Shown one piece after another: positions 51,256 through 62,003 of a stretch of DNA of 64,000 bases. A program made the translations under genes and the position numbers. The notes beneath the pieces are model-generated. The model was not told where the DNA came from. It was given only the letters and a program-made list of their open reading frames with translations, and made no database searches. This DNA is from an uncultured Acidobacteriota bacterium (GTDB taxonomy: Bacteria; Acidobacteriota; UBA6911): positions 672,001 to 736,000 of the forward strand of contig CAWJKZ010000013.1 of assembly GCA_963843575.1 (NCBI GenBank), written 5' to 3'. Positions within the stretch are counted from its first letter, which is position 1. Each line of letters starts with the position of its first letter.

Positions 51256-54097
51256 TGTGAGGCGTGTCGGGTCGGCAGCTTGAGCCTGAAGTGAGTCCCC
51301 TGTCCGGGAGTGCTGTCGACGAAGATCCGTCCGCCGTGCTCCTGGATGATCCCGTAGGTGACCGCCAGGCCGAGCCCCGTGCCCTTTCCGGTGCTCTTGG
51401 TCGTGAAGAACGGGTCGTAGATCTTCTTGATGTTTTCCTCGGAGATGCCGGCCCCCGTGTCCCGGATGTCGACGACGACCATCGTGTCGTTCATCGAGGT
51501 CCGGACGACCAGGTTGCCGCCGGAGGTCATCGCGTCGCGGGCGTTCAGGAAGAGGTTGATAAACACCTGCTGCAGTTTACCGCTGTTGCCGTACACGGGC
51601 GGGATAGCGTCGTCCAGATACTCGTCGACTTCGGACGTTGCACTGCTTCAGCTGGTGGTCGAGCAGCGACAGGCTTTCCTGGATCAGCCGGTTCAGGTCG
51701 AGGTCCTTGAACTCGCTGCCGTTCAGGCGGGCGAAGTTCAGCAGCCCGTTCACGATTTCCGCGGCGCGGAACGTCTGCTTCTCGATCTTTTCCAGGATCG
51801 GTTTGCGGACGTCGGATTCCGGGGTCTGCTTCAGCAGCATCTGGGTGTAGCTCGAGATTCCCGTGATCGGCGTGTTGACCTCGTGCGCGATGCCCTGCCG
51901 CCAGCAGACCTATCGAGGAGAGCTTCTCGACCTGCATCAGCTGGTCCTCGAGCCGGACCTTGGCGCGTGATGTCGTCCATGACGATCAGGCAGCCGGAGT
52001 TCAGGTCCACCGAGTCGAGCAGCGGGATGATGCTCAGGTTGACGATCAGCTTCTCGCCGCTGCCGGTTTTCCAGGAACAGCTTGAAGATATTCGCGGCCG
52101 ATTTCAGATCCCAGCCGCTGCTGCCGGACGCGTTGTGCATCGACTCGATGACGTCGGGCGCCAGCAGCGTATCGACTGCCCATGCCGCGCACCTGGTCGC
52201 GCCGGACACGATAGAGCTCTTCGAAGGCCCGGTTGCAGGAGGTGACGTTTCCGTTCAGATCCAGGGCCAGCACGGCGACGTTGATGCTCTCGATGATGTT
52301 TTCGGTGTAGATCTTCAGCCGCTCCAGTTCGTGCGCCTTCGTCTCGACCGAGCGGTAGAGGTTGGCGTTTTCCAGCGCGATCGCGGCGTATCCCGACAGC
52401 GCCGATAGCAGATCGACGTCTTCGCTGGAAAAGTGCTTGTCCCCCGGCAGTTGGCCGAGCGCGATGATCCCGATGCGTCGGCCCCGCAGCTTCAGGTCCT
52501 GGGCATACTGCAGGCCCGAGGCCTGCCAGCCCGGGACTGACCGGTGCAGCCTGTTCCCGGGCTCCACCTCGAGCGGATTTCGTGGCGGTGCGCGGGTCCA
52601 GCAAGTCTTCTTCGCGATACAGGGGATCGCCGCTCTTCGGGGATCTCGAGCCCCAGCGCGTCGGCGAGGCGGAAGAAGCCGGGGTGAACCGGGTCGGTCA
52701 GGAACATCGCGGCCTTGCGAACCTGAAATGTCTTCGAGACCCGGTCCAGAATGCTGCGCGTGAGGCGGCCCAGGCTGATCTTCGCTGCTCAGCGTGCGCG
52801 CAAACTCGAGCAGGCTCGACCGGTCGTCGAACTGGTCCTTGTAGAACGAGCGGTCCAAACGGTGCTGCACCTTGTTGCGCAGCGGCGCAAACAGCAGCGC
52901 GATGCCGAGTGCCGCGACGCAGATCGACGACGAAATTCGCTTCCGGCGCCGCGTACTGAAGGCGCACGCCCGACGACCAGGACGAAGAAGAGATAGCACC
53001 GCCAGCAGACCGTGCTGGCAATGAAGTAGGCCGCGCCCCCGCGGACAATGACTTCGACGTCGAGCAGACGGTAGCGGACTGATCGCATACGCGAAACTGA
53101 GCGGGATGATGCCGAGGAAGAGCAGCGATGCTTCCATGGCAAAGGTCGGGCGCACGCCCAGAAAGCCACGGCAGTGCGTAAATCAGGCTGAACGGCACCA
53201 CGCCCGCCAGCGTTCCGTAACTCACCCACTTCATCTGTTGGCCGGATCGTGAACTCACGGGACCGTGCCCGACGAATCAGCAGCAGCACGCCACCCGACG
53301 ATGAAGCCGGCGCAGAAGTAGACCAGCTCGATCCGGTCGAGGACCATGCTGGCGTTCGCCGTACGCGGCAGTCCGAAGTTTGCGAGGCGGCCGGTCATCC
53401 ACAGCGACTGCAGAGGCCGAGCGCCAGCGCCGGCATGTAGATCGAGCGGAGCCCGGCTGCGCCCTCGGGCCGAATCGATCGGGAACCGCATGCAGAAGTG
53501 AACGAAAAGCGCAGGAAGCAGCAGGAAAGCGGCGAGCGAAAGACCGTAGACGGTCCAGTCGAAGGCTTCAAGGCGCGGAGTGTAGCTGTAGAGGTAGACG
53601 ACAAAGGCCGCGACCGAGATGAGGTAGAAGTGAAATGCTCGAGGCAGCCCGAAGCCGCGCAGGCCGGACGAAAAGCTCCGATACCGAGGTGCAGGAATGC
53701 GAGAATGGTGCGCAGCCCGTCCCGCGGGGCGAGCAGGAAGTTCTTCGCGGCCAGCTGCAAGGCTACCGTTCTTTGCCCCGAGCGAGCCGGCAATCTCGTA
53801 GGTCACGGAGGCGTTGGGGCCCGAGGCTGTCGAGAACGTCGAAGTACTGTCTGAGATTGGCCGTCCGCGCCCGTTGATCGACAACAGCCGGTCGCCGACC
53901 TGGATTCCAGCCGCTTCCCGGGCCGCCCGCGCTACACTCGTCGCGACAAGCCCGGCCTCGCCGTCGACCCAGTAGACGCCGTCGGTCGGATCTACCCACT
54001 CCGCCCGGTCCCGCACATTCAGGATGCCCACGGCCAACAGCACTGCCGTCAGCAGAACCGTAGCAATGATCTTGAACGGGACAGGAAATGAGTTCAT
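51252..54097 (-). CDS. Multi-TM sensor histidine kinase (PDZ-TM-GAF-PAS-HisKA-HATPase); many frameshifts
   Basis: AGIQVGDRLLSING (PDZ), TM segments, IALENANLY (GAF), IIESINVAV (PAS), EKLSSIGLLAAG.AHEVN.P, QVFINL, DTGAG, GTGLGL. Confidence 0.88.
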
Positions 54098-54137
54098 GTC
54101 ACAGATCGTCCATATCGGGCGACGTCAAAGGGGAATA

Positions 54138-54153
54138 TGCAATCGACATGCCA
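54138..54153 (-). promoter_or_regulatory. Sigma-54 (-24/-12) promoter of the kinase-regulator operon
   Basis: TGGCAT-GTCGA-TTGCA with exact GG-N10-GC spacing, about 40 nt upstream of the kinase ATG. Confidence 0.8.
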
Positions 54154-54247
54154 AAGGATGAATGGTGACAAATCTATAATTCATTTTGCTTGTTCTGTTA
54201 CGGCGCAGCGACGGCACCTTCAACCTGGTCGAGCAGTAATTCATGCC

Positions 54248-54269
54248 ATTGGATACATTACCGTCCAAT
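54248..54269. promoter_or_regulatory. Candidate upstream activator site (ATTGGA-N10-TCCAAT)
   Basis: Dyad about 100 bp upstream of the sigma-54 promoter. Confidence 0.4.
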
Positions 54270-54364
54270 ATTTTGAACTGGCACTTTATCTTATTCAAGG
54301 TCAAAGACAAAGCAGGGGCAGGTGCAACTGTCGCAGAGGGAGCGGCAACGTGTGGGGCAGACGC

Positions 54365-56125
54365 CTAATACAGGTTCAGGTTTAGACCAAACCGCAAGGA
54401 GCGCGGGTTGCGGGTGAGGAGTATGTCTCCGTCCGTTGTTTGGACTCGCTGGAGGTTCTGGTCGAACAGGTTTCGCACGTCCACGAGAGCCTCCCAACGC
54501 CGGGTGCTGCCCATGAACTCAGGCAGGGGGATGGGTTGGCGGATGACGAAGTTCGTCCCCTTGGACATCATGTCGGTCCTGTCGCCGAAGAGGTCGATCG
54601 GGCTCAGGGGATGCCCTGGGTACCAGCGAACGGTGGCAGTGATCTCGGTCTTGGTGTGAGGAACGACCGCGTTCAGCCTGGTCGTGAAGGCGTGGTAGTA
54701 CGAACGCTGCACGTGCTCGAGCAGGCTGCGGGCCATGGCCTCGCTCGAGAGCTGCCTATCCTGGCCGGACAGACTTGCTCCGGAGCCATAGACATACGCG
54801 ATCGAGCCGGTCAGGAAATCGAGGAACCTGCGGTTCATGGCCAGCCTGACGCCGCGTTGCGCCGACTGGGCTTCGGTCAGCTGAGTCACGCGCTCCGGAT
54901 ACCCGGGTTGCGGAGACGACAGGAACAGCGGCATCCCGGGGCCGTTCATGTGGTCTTCGTAGACGCCGAGCTCGACGTTGGTCCCGTCGGTGAACTCGCG
55001 GCCGACCGAAAGCTCGGAGTGCTTGAACTCGCTTACGTGGACCTGCCCGTCGATTTTTGCGATGTAGGTGGGTTCGATCAGGTTGAGTACCTCGCCGTCC
55101 GGCAAAGCGATGGAGTTGTTGTCGCTGAGGCGGCGCGACGCGATCCCGGTCTTGACGAACCAGCCGTCGATCGGCGTGACGGTGATCTGGAAAAACGGGC
55201 TGAAGAAGGTGCTGGTGGGGCCGTAGTAGACGCGCGACAGGTCGAAACCATACTCGAGCGCGAGGCTGTCCAGGACTTTGCTGCGGGACGCGAAACCAAC
55301 CCCGACAGTCTGAATGCCCGATTCCCGCAATTGCGGGTCGCCGTCGAAGAACTCGGCCGGACGCGAGATGTTGCCCAGGGTGGGGCCGTCCATCGTCATG
55401 CGGCCGTAGCCGAACGAGAACTTCATGTCCCGGTCGGGACCCGGCCGGTAGTTGTAGGTGTTGCGCACCTGCCAGTACGAGTCGAAGCCCGAATTGAGCT
55501 GTCCGGAAAGGATCATCCGACCGTGTTCGCTCACCGGTTCCGAGAACGCGAAGTTCGAAACGATCCCCGTCTGTCCGGTTACGGGCGAGAGAGTGTAACT
55601 GTCGCTGCTCAGCCCCGACGTCGAGATGACGTTGAGAGTCGCTCCGCGTGCGAACGACCCGTCGCCGTCGGTGGGCACGTTGGACGGGAGGTCCCTGAAG
55701 ATGAGGCGCCGGTCCGAGGTGCTGCGCACGACACTCTTCAGGTCCCAATTGCGTGGGTCGGGTTCGCCCGAGACAAAATCGAGGAACTGCTGCAGTATGA
55801 CGTTGAGGGTCGTCGTCTTTCCCGGCTCGATCTTGATGGAGGAACTTGTCAGCGGGTGGTACCCTTCGCGGCTGACCTGCAGAAAATAGGAGCCTGGCGT
55901 GAGGTTTGCCAGCGCGTACACGCCCTGCCGGTCGGAGCGGGTGAACGAGATCGTTCCCCCTTCCTGATCCTGTTTGAAGACCGTGATTACGGCGCCTATC
56001 AAACCCTCTCCGGTTCCGGATGTCACCTTTCCGGAGATTCGCCCAGCGGTCTTGGCCCCCGCAACCGGGGGGACGGCAAGTGCGGCCAGCAAGAACATCG
56101 GGAGGATGCGCACGAAGGCCTTCAT
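54365..56125 (-). CDS. Outer-membrane protein with an N-terminal carboxypeptidase-regulatory-like domain and a putative beta-barrel
   Basis: Signal peptide; ISGKVT...GAVITV...LTPGSY; C-terminal VRNLFD...PRSLRFGLNLNLY like TonB-receptor ends. Confidence 0.75.
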   Translation of the reverse strand: MKAFVRILPMFLLAALAVPPVAGAKTAGRISGKVTSGTGEGLIGAVITVFKQDQEGGTISFTRSDRQGVYALANLTPGSYFLQVSREGYHPLTSSSIKIEPGKTTTLNVILQQFLDFVSGEPDPRNWDLKSVVRSTSDRRLIFRDLPSNVPTDGDGSFARGATLNVISTSGLSSDSYTLSPVTGQTGIVSNFAFSEPVSEHGRMILSGQLNSGFDSYWQVRNTYNYRPGPDRDMKFSFGYGRMTMDGPTLGNISRPAEFFDGDPQLRESGIQTVGVGFASRSKVLDSLALEYGFDLSRVYYGPTSTFFSPFFQITVTPIDGWFVKTGIASRRLSDNNSIALPDGEVLNLIEPTYIAKIDGQVHVSEFKHSELSVGREFTDGTNVELGVYEDHMNGPGMPLFLSSPQPGYPERVTQLTEAQSAQRGVRLAMNRRFLDFLTGSIAYVYGSGASLSGQDRQLSSEAMARSLLEHVQRSYYHAFTTRLNAVVPHTKTEITATVRWYPGHPLSPIDLFGDRTDMMSKGTNFVIRQPIPLPEFMGSTRRWEALVDVRNLFDQNLQRVQTTDGDILLTRNPRSLRFGLNLNLY

Positions 56126-56250
56126 GTAACTCGTCCCTTTAGGTCCCACGGACACTTCCAGCCGGACCCTATATTTCTTTGAGGCTACCACACGCCTCAC
56201 CGGGTGTCAATTTTCGAAAAACAGCTGCGCAAACAGCTGCCGCGCGCGCT

Positions 56251-56682
56251 TCACTCAATGTCGGCGTAGAGCACCTGTGCGGAGCAGTGCACTGCTCCCG
56301 CGGGCAGGTCCGGAACCGGGATGCCGGTGGCTGAGACCCCATCTCCTCCCGCGACCGAGACGCGCACAAGTTGGTTGCGGGGCTCGAGGAGGGTGTTGTT
56401 CTTCGTCCTGAACGACAATTTGAGCATGACGTTGCGGTAGCCGCTCCGGCCGCTGTTGCGGATTTCGACGTCCACCGTGCCGTCGTTGACCCTGCACACT
56501 CCGGTGAGGTCCGCGGGGGCGATCGCCCGGGTGGCGGTGGGGTGCGACTCGCGCACGATCTCGACTGGACGCGGGCTGCCTGGCGGGGCCTCTATCCTGC
56601 GCGACTGGACAACGAGGTATACGAGCACGGCGGTGAGCATCGCGGTCAAGCCGAGGAACAGATATCTTCTAAACTTGAACAT
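56251..56682 (-). CDS. Membrane-anchored hypothetical protein
   Basis: N-terminal TM; Ig-like C-terminus. Confidence 0.65.
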   Translation of the reverse strand: MFKFRRYLFLGLTAMLTAVLVYLVVQSRRIEAPPGSPRPVEIVRESHPTATRAIAPADLTGVCRVNDGTVDVEIRNSGRSGYRNVMLKLSFRTKNNTLLEPRNQLVRVSVAGGDGVSATGIPVPDLPAGAVHCSAQVLYADIE

Positions 56683-56697
56683 AGGGGGCCTGGAATC

Positions 56698-57948
56698 CTA
56701 ATCGCGGCGCCAAACGATTTCTCCACAGACTACAGTCGCCAGGCAATCCCCGGCGCCTTCCAGGATCTGGCTGACGAGGTTGCGCTCCGCGACCTCCCCT
56801 GGCAGCCGAAGGATGGTCAGGTCGGCCCAGTAGCCACGCCGCAAGCAGCCCAACACGCCGCCGAACCCCAGTGCGCTTGCGCCATTCAGGGTTGCCATCC
56901 GGAGGATTTCCTCCGATTTCAAGTCTTTGCGCGTTCCGAAAAGGTACCGCACCTCGTCCAGCATACTGAGAGACGCATTGCTTGCTAGAGAATCCGTTCC
57001 CAGGGCCACGTTGATGCCGAGATCGAGCATACGGCGCACCGGGTGCGGAGGGTGGCCGAAGTAGGCGTGGCTGCGCGGGCAGTACACGACGGAGCTGCGG
57101 GTCTGGAGGATCCTGGACATCGAGTCTTCGTCGACGTAGTTGCAGTGAATGAGGACGGGGGAAAGCTGCAGAACGCCCAGGCTTTCGAGCCACGGCACCG
57201 GGGCCGCCTGCGGGGCCGACCAGCCGGGCGGCATCGCGCCCATGCTTTCGAGCAGGTCCCTCAGATCGCCTGTTCCCGACTGAAGTAGCGCGAGCTCCTC
57301 TTCCGTTTCCGCAGTGTGCGTCGCAAGCGGGAGGTCCAGCCGCTGCGCGAGGGCCGCCGCGCCGCGGTACAGCGCGGGGGACACGGTGTAGGGCGCGTGC
57401 GGTGAAACTCCAGCCACGAGTAACGAGTCGCCGCGGTTACGGTCCGCTTCCACCCGTTCTGCCAGGAGTGTCATGCGCGTGGGGCAGAGCGCGGGATCCA
57501 GGCCGAGGGTCTCCTCGAACACAACCTGCCGCAATTTCCCGGGCTGGAGTGCCTGCACGCTCAAGCCAGCGGCGGAAATATCCCCGGCCAGGGTGGTGCC
57601 CGACGCGATCGACATGCGGGCACCTGCCCGGGTGGATTCCACAAAGCGTTCGCGGTGCCACGCGCGCCTCAGGTCGACCAGCTGGCGCAGCCAGTCGGAA
57701 AAGCTGCGCGGGGCATTGATTTGTCCCTGCAGAAGGGTGAGTTCGAGGTGCGTGTGAGCGTTGACGAGACCGGGCAGGATGACGGCGTCGCCCCAGTCGA
57801 TCAGCTCGGTCTCGAGCGCCGCCGGGGGGCCGGTCCATCGTTCCACCCGCGAGATCCTCCCCGGCGCCGCCACGTGCACCGCCGAGTTGCCCAGGACGTG
57901 GTCCGCCTCCGCGACGACAAACCGGGCCCGGTGAATCGTCCGAATCAT
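56698..57948 (-). CDS. Amidohydrolase (MTA/SAH or aminodeoxyfutalosine deaminase-like)
   Basis: PGLVNAHTHLE, SPHAPY, HTAE, IHCN, GTDS. Confidence 0.9.
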   Translation of the reverse strand: MIRTIHRARFVVAEADHVLGNSAVHVAAPGRISRVERWTGPPAALETELIDWGDAVILPGLVNAHTHLELTLLQGQINAPRSFSDWLRQLVDLRRAWHRERFVESTRAGARMSIASGTTLAGDISAAGLSVQALQPGKLRQVVFEETLGLDPALCPTRMTLLAERVEADRNRGDSLLVAGVSPHAPYTVSPALYRGAAALAQRLDLPLATHTAETEEELALLQSGTGDLRDLLESMGAMPPGWSAPQAAPVPWLESLGVLQLSPVLIHCNYVDEDSMSRILQTRSSVVYCPRSHAYFGHPPHPVRRMLDLGINVALGTDSLASNASLSMLDEVRYLFGTRKDLKSEEILRMATLNGASALGFGGVLGCLRRGYWADLTILRLPGEVAERNLVSQILEGAGDCLATVVCGEIVWRRD

Positions 57949-57964
57949 GGCCGTATTGGGGTGA

Positions 57965-58198
57965 AAGGTCCTGTGAGAAGCATAGGTAGAAGACAAAGGC
58001 CCGAGTGTGCGCAAGGGAGAAGGGGTTCCGGCATAACACCGGAGCAGGCCTAAAAGGCCTTGACCGCCCCCCCGCTCGCGATCTCCTGAGCGGGTATTTG
58101 GGATGGCACTCGCACTCGGGCTGAGCGAAATATATCCACCTTCGCCGTATCCTGCAAGCTCAATCCATTGTGAGCACGCACCAAAGACAACGGACCTT
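57965..58198 (+). ncRNA. Candidate large structured RNA in a 370-bp divergent intergenic region
   Basis: Nested stems 57965-57971/58192-58198 and 57998-58009/58111-58122 plus four hairpins. Confidence 0.35.
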
Positions 58199-58321
58199 CC
58201 CGGCATTGGACAAACCGCCGGGCGGGATCCAAATGTCCCTTGGCGCGGCCGCAGCCCTTCGGTATATTGACACCGGCGAACTCGATTGGATGTTGCTAAC
58301 GCACTGTGCAGAGGGAAGTTC

Positions 58322-59278
58322 ATGGCAATCCTGCTGAGGGAATCGGATGTAGAAAAGCTGGCCGGCATGAAAATGGCGCTCGATGCGGTCGAGGAGGCCT
58401 TCAGGCTGCAGGGGCAGAAGGAGGCCGACAACGCCCCGCGCCGCCGCTGCCGGCTCAACGACAAGGGCCTCCTGCACGTGATGAGCGCGTCTCTGCCGAC
58501 CCTAGGGTATGCCGGGCTGAAGAGCTACACGAGCATTGGCGGCAAGGCGCGTTTCTTCGTCCAACTCTACAGCGCGTCGACCGGGGAACTACTGGCCATG
58601 GTCGAGGCCGACCTCCTGGGTCAGATCCGCACCGGGGCGGCGAGTGGGGTGGCAACGAAGTTCATGGCGCGGGACAATGCGGCGCGCGTCGGCATCTTCG
58701 GCACCGGCTGGCAGGCGCGTTCGCAGGTCGAGGCGGTTTGCGCCGTGCGCCCCGTCGAATCCGTCGTCGCCTTCAGCCCGAATCCGCAGCACCGGGAGAA
58801 GTTCTGCAGCGACATGTCCGCGAAGCTCGGAATACCGGTTCGGGCCGCATCCGGTGCGGAAGAGACGGCCCGAGAGGCGGATATCGTCATAACGGCGACC
58901 ACTTCCAGGGAACCCGTGTTCCAGGGGGAGTGGATCGCTCCCGGCACCCACATCAACGCCGTCGGCGCTAACCATCTCTCGAGACAGGAACTCGACGTCG
59001 AAACCGTCCGCCGGAGCGCCTGCGTGGTCGTCGACTCGCTCGAGCAGTCGATGCTCGAGTCGGGGGATCTGGCGCGCGCAGCCGAGGCCGATGCCTTCTA
59101 CTGGGAAGATGCCCGCGACCTGGGTCTGGTGGTCGTCGGCGAGTTTCCCGGCCGCGAAGACCCTAGCGAAATCACCATCTTCAAGTCCAACGGGATCGCA
59201 CTGGAGGATATTGCGCTGGCGGGACGCGTTTATGAAGCGGCCTGCAAGACCGGAGCCGGTGAAAAACTGCCTGTTTGA
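58322..59278 (+). CDS. Ornithine cyclodeaminase/mu-crystallin family protein
   Basis: GQIRTGAASGVA, GTGWQA, GTHINAVG, FKSNGIALED. Confidence 0.93.
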   Translation: MAILLRESDVEKLAGMKMALDAVEEAFRLQGQKEADNAPRRRCRLNDKGLLHVMSASLPTLGYAGLKSYTSIGGKARFFVQLYSASTGELLAMVEADLLGQIRTGAASGVATKFMARDNAARVGIFGTGWQARSQVEAVCAVRPVESVVAFSPNPQHREKFCSDMSAKLGIPVRAASGAEETAREADIVITATTSREPVFQGEWIAPGTHINAVGANHLSRQELDVETVRRSACVVVDSLEQSMLESGDLARAAEADAFYWEDARDLGLVVVGEFPGREDPSEITIFKSNGIALEDIALAGRVYEAACKTGAGEKLPV

Positions 59279-59332
59279 TTTGTGCCACCAAGTGGGCGGG
59301 GACGGCCCGCCCCCGCCCCATGACCCTACCCC

Positions 59333-60325
59333 TCACTTCCTGGTGCCACCGAGCAAACCTGACACCTCGGCCGCGGTCGGAAACGCGGGGATAGCTCCGG
59401 GTCTGGTCGTGGCCAGGGCTCCGACGGCGTTGGCAAAGCCGATCCAGCGTGTCAGCACGGCGCGGCCGATATGCAGCTTCCGCAGGTCGCCGGGATTCTT
59501 CAGCAGGCAGGTGAGAAACCCTGCGACAAATCCGTCGCCCGCCCCGGTGCTGTCGACGGCCCGTACCGCGAATCCGGGAACTTCCCCCTCGTATCGCCGC
59601 CAACGGTATGCGGCGCCGCGGGCGCCGCGCGTCACCAGGATCAGGGCATCGCAACACGCCGCCAGTGACCGCATTCCGGTAGATAGGTCCGCGTGCCCGG
59701 TCAGGAACTCCATTTCCTCCTCGTTGACCTTCAGAAGGTGGACGGGGGCAAGAGCCCCTAGCACGGTCCGGCGGGCAACGGCCGCCGAGGGCCACAAGCG
59801 CATCCTCAGGTTCGGATCGCACGAGATGTAGACGCCGGATTCCACGGCCGCACGAATCGAGCTGCAGGCTACCGCGCGAGTAGCCCGGTGGATCAGGCTG
59901 ATGGTGCCGAAATGGAACACGCGGCAACCTCGGATCAGCCCGATGGGGATGTCCCGGGCCCGGAGGCGATGGTCCGCGGTTCCCTCCCAGTAGAACAGAA
60001 AGTCGCGCTCCGCGTCCTCCTTCAACGAGACGAATGCGATCGGGGTGCTCCCGCGCGAGGAAAGAACGAGCCCGCTCACGTCCACGCCGTTCACCGTGAG
60101 TTCTTGTGCCAGGAAGCGGCCGAACTCGTCGTCCCCGACGGCGCCGAGGAACGCCGTGCGCACGCCCAGGCGCGCGGCCGCGACCGCGACGTTGGCCGGG
60201 GCGCCTCCGGCCGCCTTCAGGAATCCGGGGGCGTTGCGGAGCGGGCCGGTGGCGGTGGACACGAAGTCGATGAGAAGCTCGCCGAAACACGCAAGATCCA
60301 GGTGAGGTGATGCCGGTCGGAGCAT
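59333..60325 (-). CDS. PfkB family carbohydrate kinase (fructokinase-like)
   Basis: GELLIDF, GGAPANVA, DPNLR, KVNEEE, VDSTGAGDGF. Confidence 0.93.
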   Translation of the reverse strand: MLRPASPHLDLACFGELLIDFVSTATGPLRNAPGFLKAAGGAPANVAVAAARLGVRTAFLGAVGDDEFGRFLAQELTVNGVDVSGLVLSSRGSTPIAFVSLKEDAERDFLFYWEGTADHRLRARDIPIGLIRGCRVFHFGTISLIHRATRAVACSSIRAAVESGVYISCDPNLRMRLWPSAAVARRTVLGALAPVHLLKVNEEEMEFLTGHADLSTGMRSLAACCDALILVTRGARGAAYRWRRYEGEVPGFAVRAVDSTGAGDGFVAGFLTCLLKNPGDLRKLHIGRAVLTRWIGFANAVGALATTRPGAIPAFPTAAEVSGLLGGTRK

Positions 60326-60487
60326 GCCGGACCTCCAGCGGCCGTACTCTATGCCGCGCAACGGGCAAAGGGAACAGCTTTGTGTCCGCGGGACTGTGCC
60401 TGGCCGTCTCTCCCCCGCGCGGGGCCCGGGCAGGCTATTTCAAAGGCTCGAAGACCCGCATCGATTTGATGTAGACTCGTGGTTCCC

Positions 60488-61996
60488 ATGCGCGCCGAAT
60501 CCAAACCCTACCTGGTCCTCGAGAGCGTCTCGAAATCCTTTCCCGGGGTTCAAGCCCTGGACTCGGTCAATTTCTCGGTGGCGGCCGGCGAGTGTCATGC
60601 GCTGGTGGGTGAAAACGGCGCCGGAAAATCGACGCTGATGAAGGTGTTGTCGGGTGCGGTGCTGCCCGAATCGGGCTCGATCTACTTGGCCGGGGAAAAG
60701 GTCGAGATCGACTCCCCGGCGACGGCCCGGCGACTCGGGATCAGCATGATTTACCAGGAGCTCAACCTCCTGCCGGAACTGACCGTCGCCGAAAACATCT
60801 TTCTCGGCCGCGAGCCGCGCGGCCGGTTCGGGTTGCTGGACCGGCGGAGGATGGTCGAGGAGAGCCGGGTGTGGCTCGAGCGCCTGCACCAGAGCATCGA
60901 TCCCGGCGCCCGGACCCGGGCGCTGTCGCTTGCGCAGCAGCAGATGGTCGAGATCGTCAAAGCCCTTTCGCTGCAGGCGAAGGTCATGATCATGGACGAG
61001 CCCTCGTCCATCCTTACGGACCGGGAACTGGACGAGCTGTTCGCTTTGATCTTGCGCCTGAAGGCCGAAGGGCTGGCCATTATCTACATATCCCACCGGC
61101 TGGAGGAGATATTCCGGGCCTGCGACCGTGTGACAGTCATGCGCGACGGCCGCACGATCTCCACCCGGGTCGTCCCGGAGTCGGACCAGGCGACTCTGGT
61201 CCGGGAGATGGTCGGCCGCGAGGTCGCCGGTGTTTTCCCGACGCGCCGCGAGCCGGCCGAGGAGGTGGTCCTCGACGTCCGGGACGTCACTCGTGCGCCG
61301 CGGTTGCGCCACGTCTCGCTCCGGGTGCGGCGCGGCGAGATTGTCGGGTTGTCCGGGCTCGTGGGGGCCGGCCGCACCGAACTGGCGCGCGTCGTCTTCG
61401 GGGCCGACCCCGCCGACGAGGGCGAAATCCGGTTCGAGGGGGAGGCTCTCCGGAATCACGGGCCGCACGAGGCCATCGAACGAGGGATCGGTTTCCTGAC
61501 GGAAGACCGCAAGTCGCTCGGCCTCCTGCTCAATATGACGGTGCGCGAAAACGTCACCCTTGCCAGGCTGGCAAGGGTGACGCGGGCGGGATTCATTTCC
61601 CGCAGCAGGGAGCGGGAACTGATTGCTCCCCTGGTCGGCGAACTGAGGGTGAAGACGCCGTCGCTGGAACAGGACATCGTCAACCTCTCCGGGGGCAACC
61701 AGCAGAAAGCCATCCTGGCCCGCTGGCTGTTCACGCAGAGCCGCTTCCTGATCTTCGACGAGCCGACCAGGGGCATCGACGTCGGGGCGAAGGCCGAGAT
61801 CTACCAGTTGATCGTCGACCTTGCCGCCGCGGGGAAAAGCATCCTCGTCATCTCCTCGGAACTGCCGGAGATCCTCGGCCTGTGCCACCGCGTCTATGTG
61901 ATGCGCGAAGGCGAGATCGCCGGAGAGTACGCGGCCGCGGGTTCGACACAGGAGCAACTGCTCGCCGCCGCCATGGGAGTTTCCATCGCCAGCTGA
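60488..61996 (+). CDS. Monosaccharide ABC transporter ATP-binding protein (RbsA-like)
   Basis: GENGAGKST, two ABC domains, LSGGNQQK, DEPTRGIDVGAK. Confidence 0.95.
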   Translation: MRAESKPYLVLESVSKSFPGVQALDSVNFSVAAGECHALVGENGAGKSTLMKVLSGAVLPESGSIYLAGEKVEIDSPATARRLGISMIYQELNLLPELTVAENIFLGREPRGRFGLLDRRRMVEESRVWLERLHQSIDPGARTRALSLAQQQMVEIVKALSLQAKVMIMDEPSSILTDRELDELFALILRLKAEGLAIIYISHRLEEIFRACDRVTVMRDGRTISTRVVPESDQATLVREMVGREVAGVFPTRREPAEEVVLDVRDVTRAPRLRHVSLRVRRGEIVGLSGLVGAGRTELARVVFGADPADEGEIRFEGEALRNHGPHEAIERGIGFLTEDRKSLGLLLNMTVRENVTLARLARVTRAGFISRSRERELIAPLVGELRVKTPSLEQDIVNLSGGNQQKAILARWLFTQSRFLIFDEPTRGIDVGAKAEIYQLIVDLAAAGKSILVISSELPEILGLCHRVYVMREGEIAGEYAAAGSTQEQLLAAAMGVSIAS

Positions 61997-62003
61997 GGTC
62001 TAA

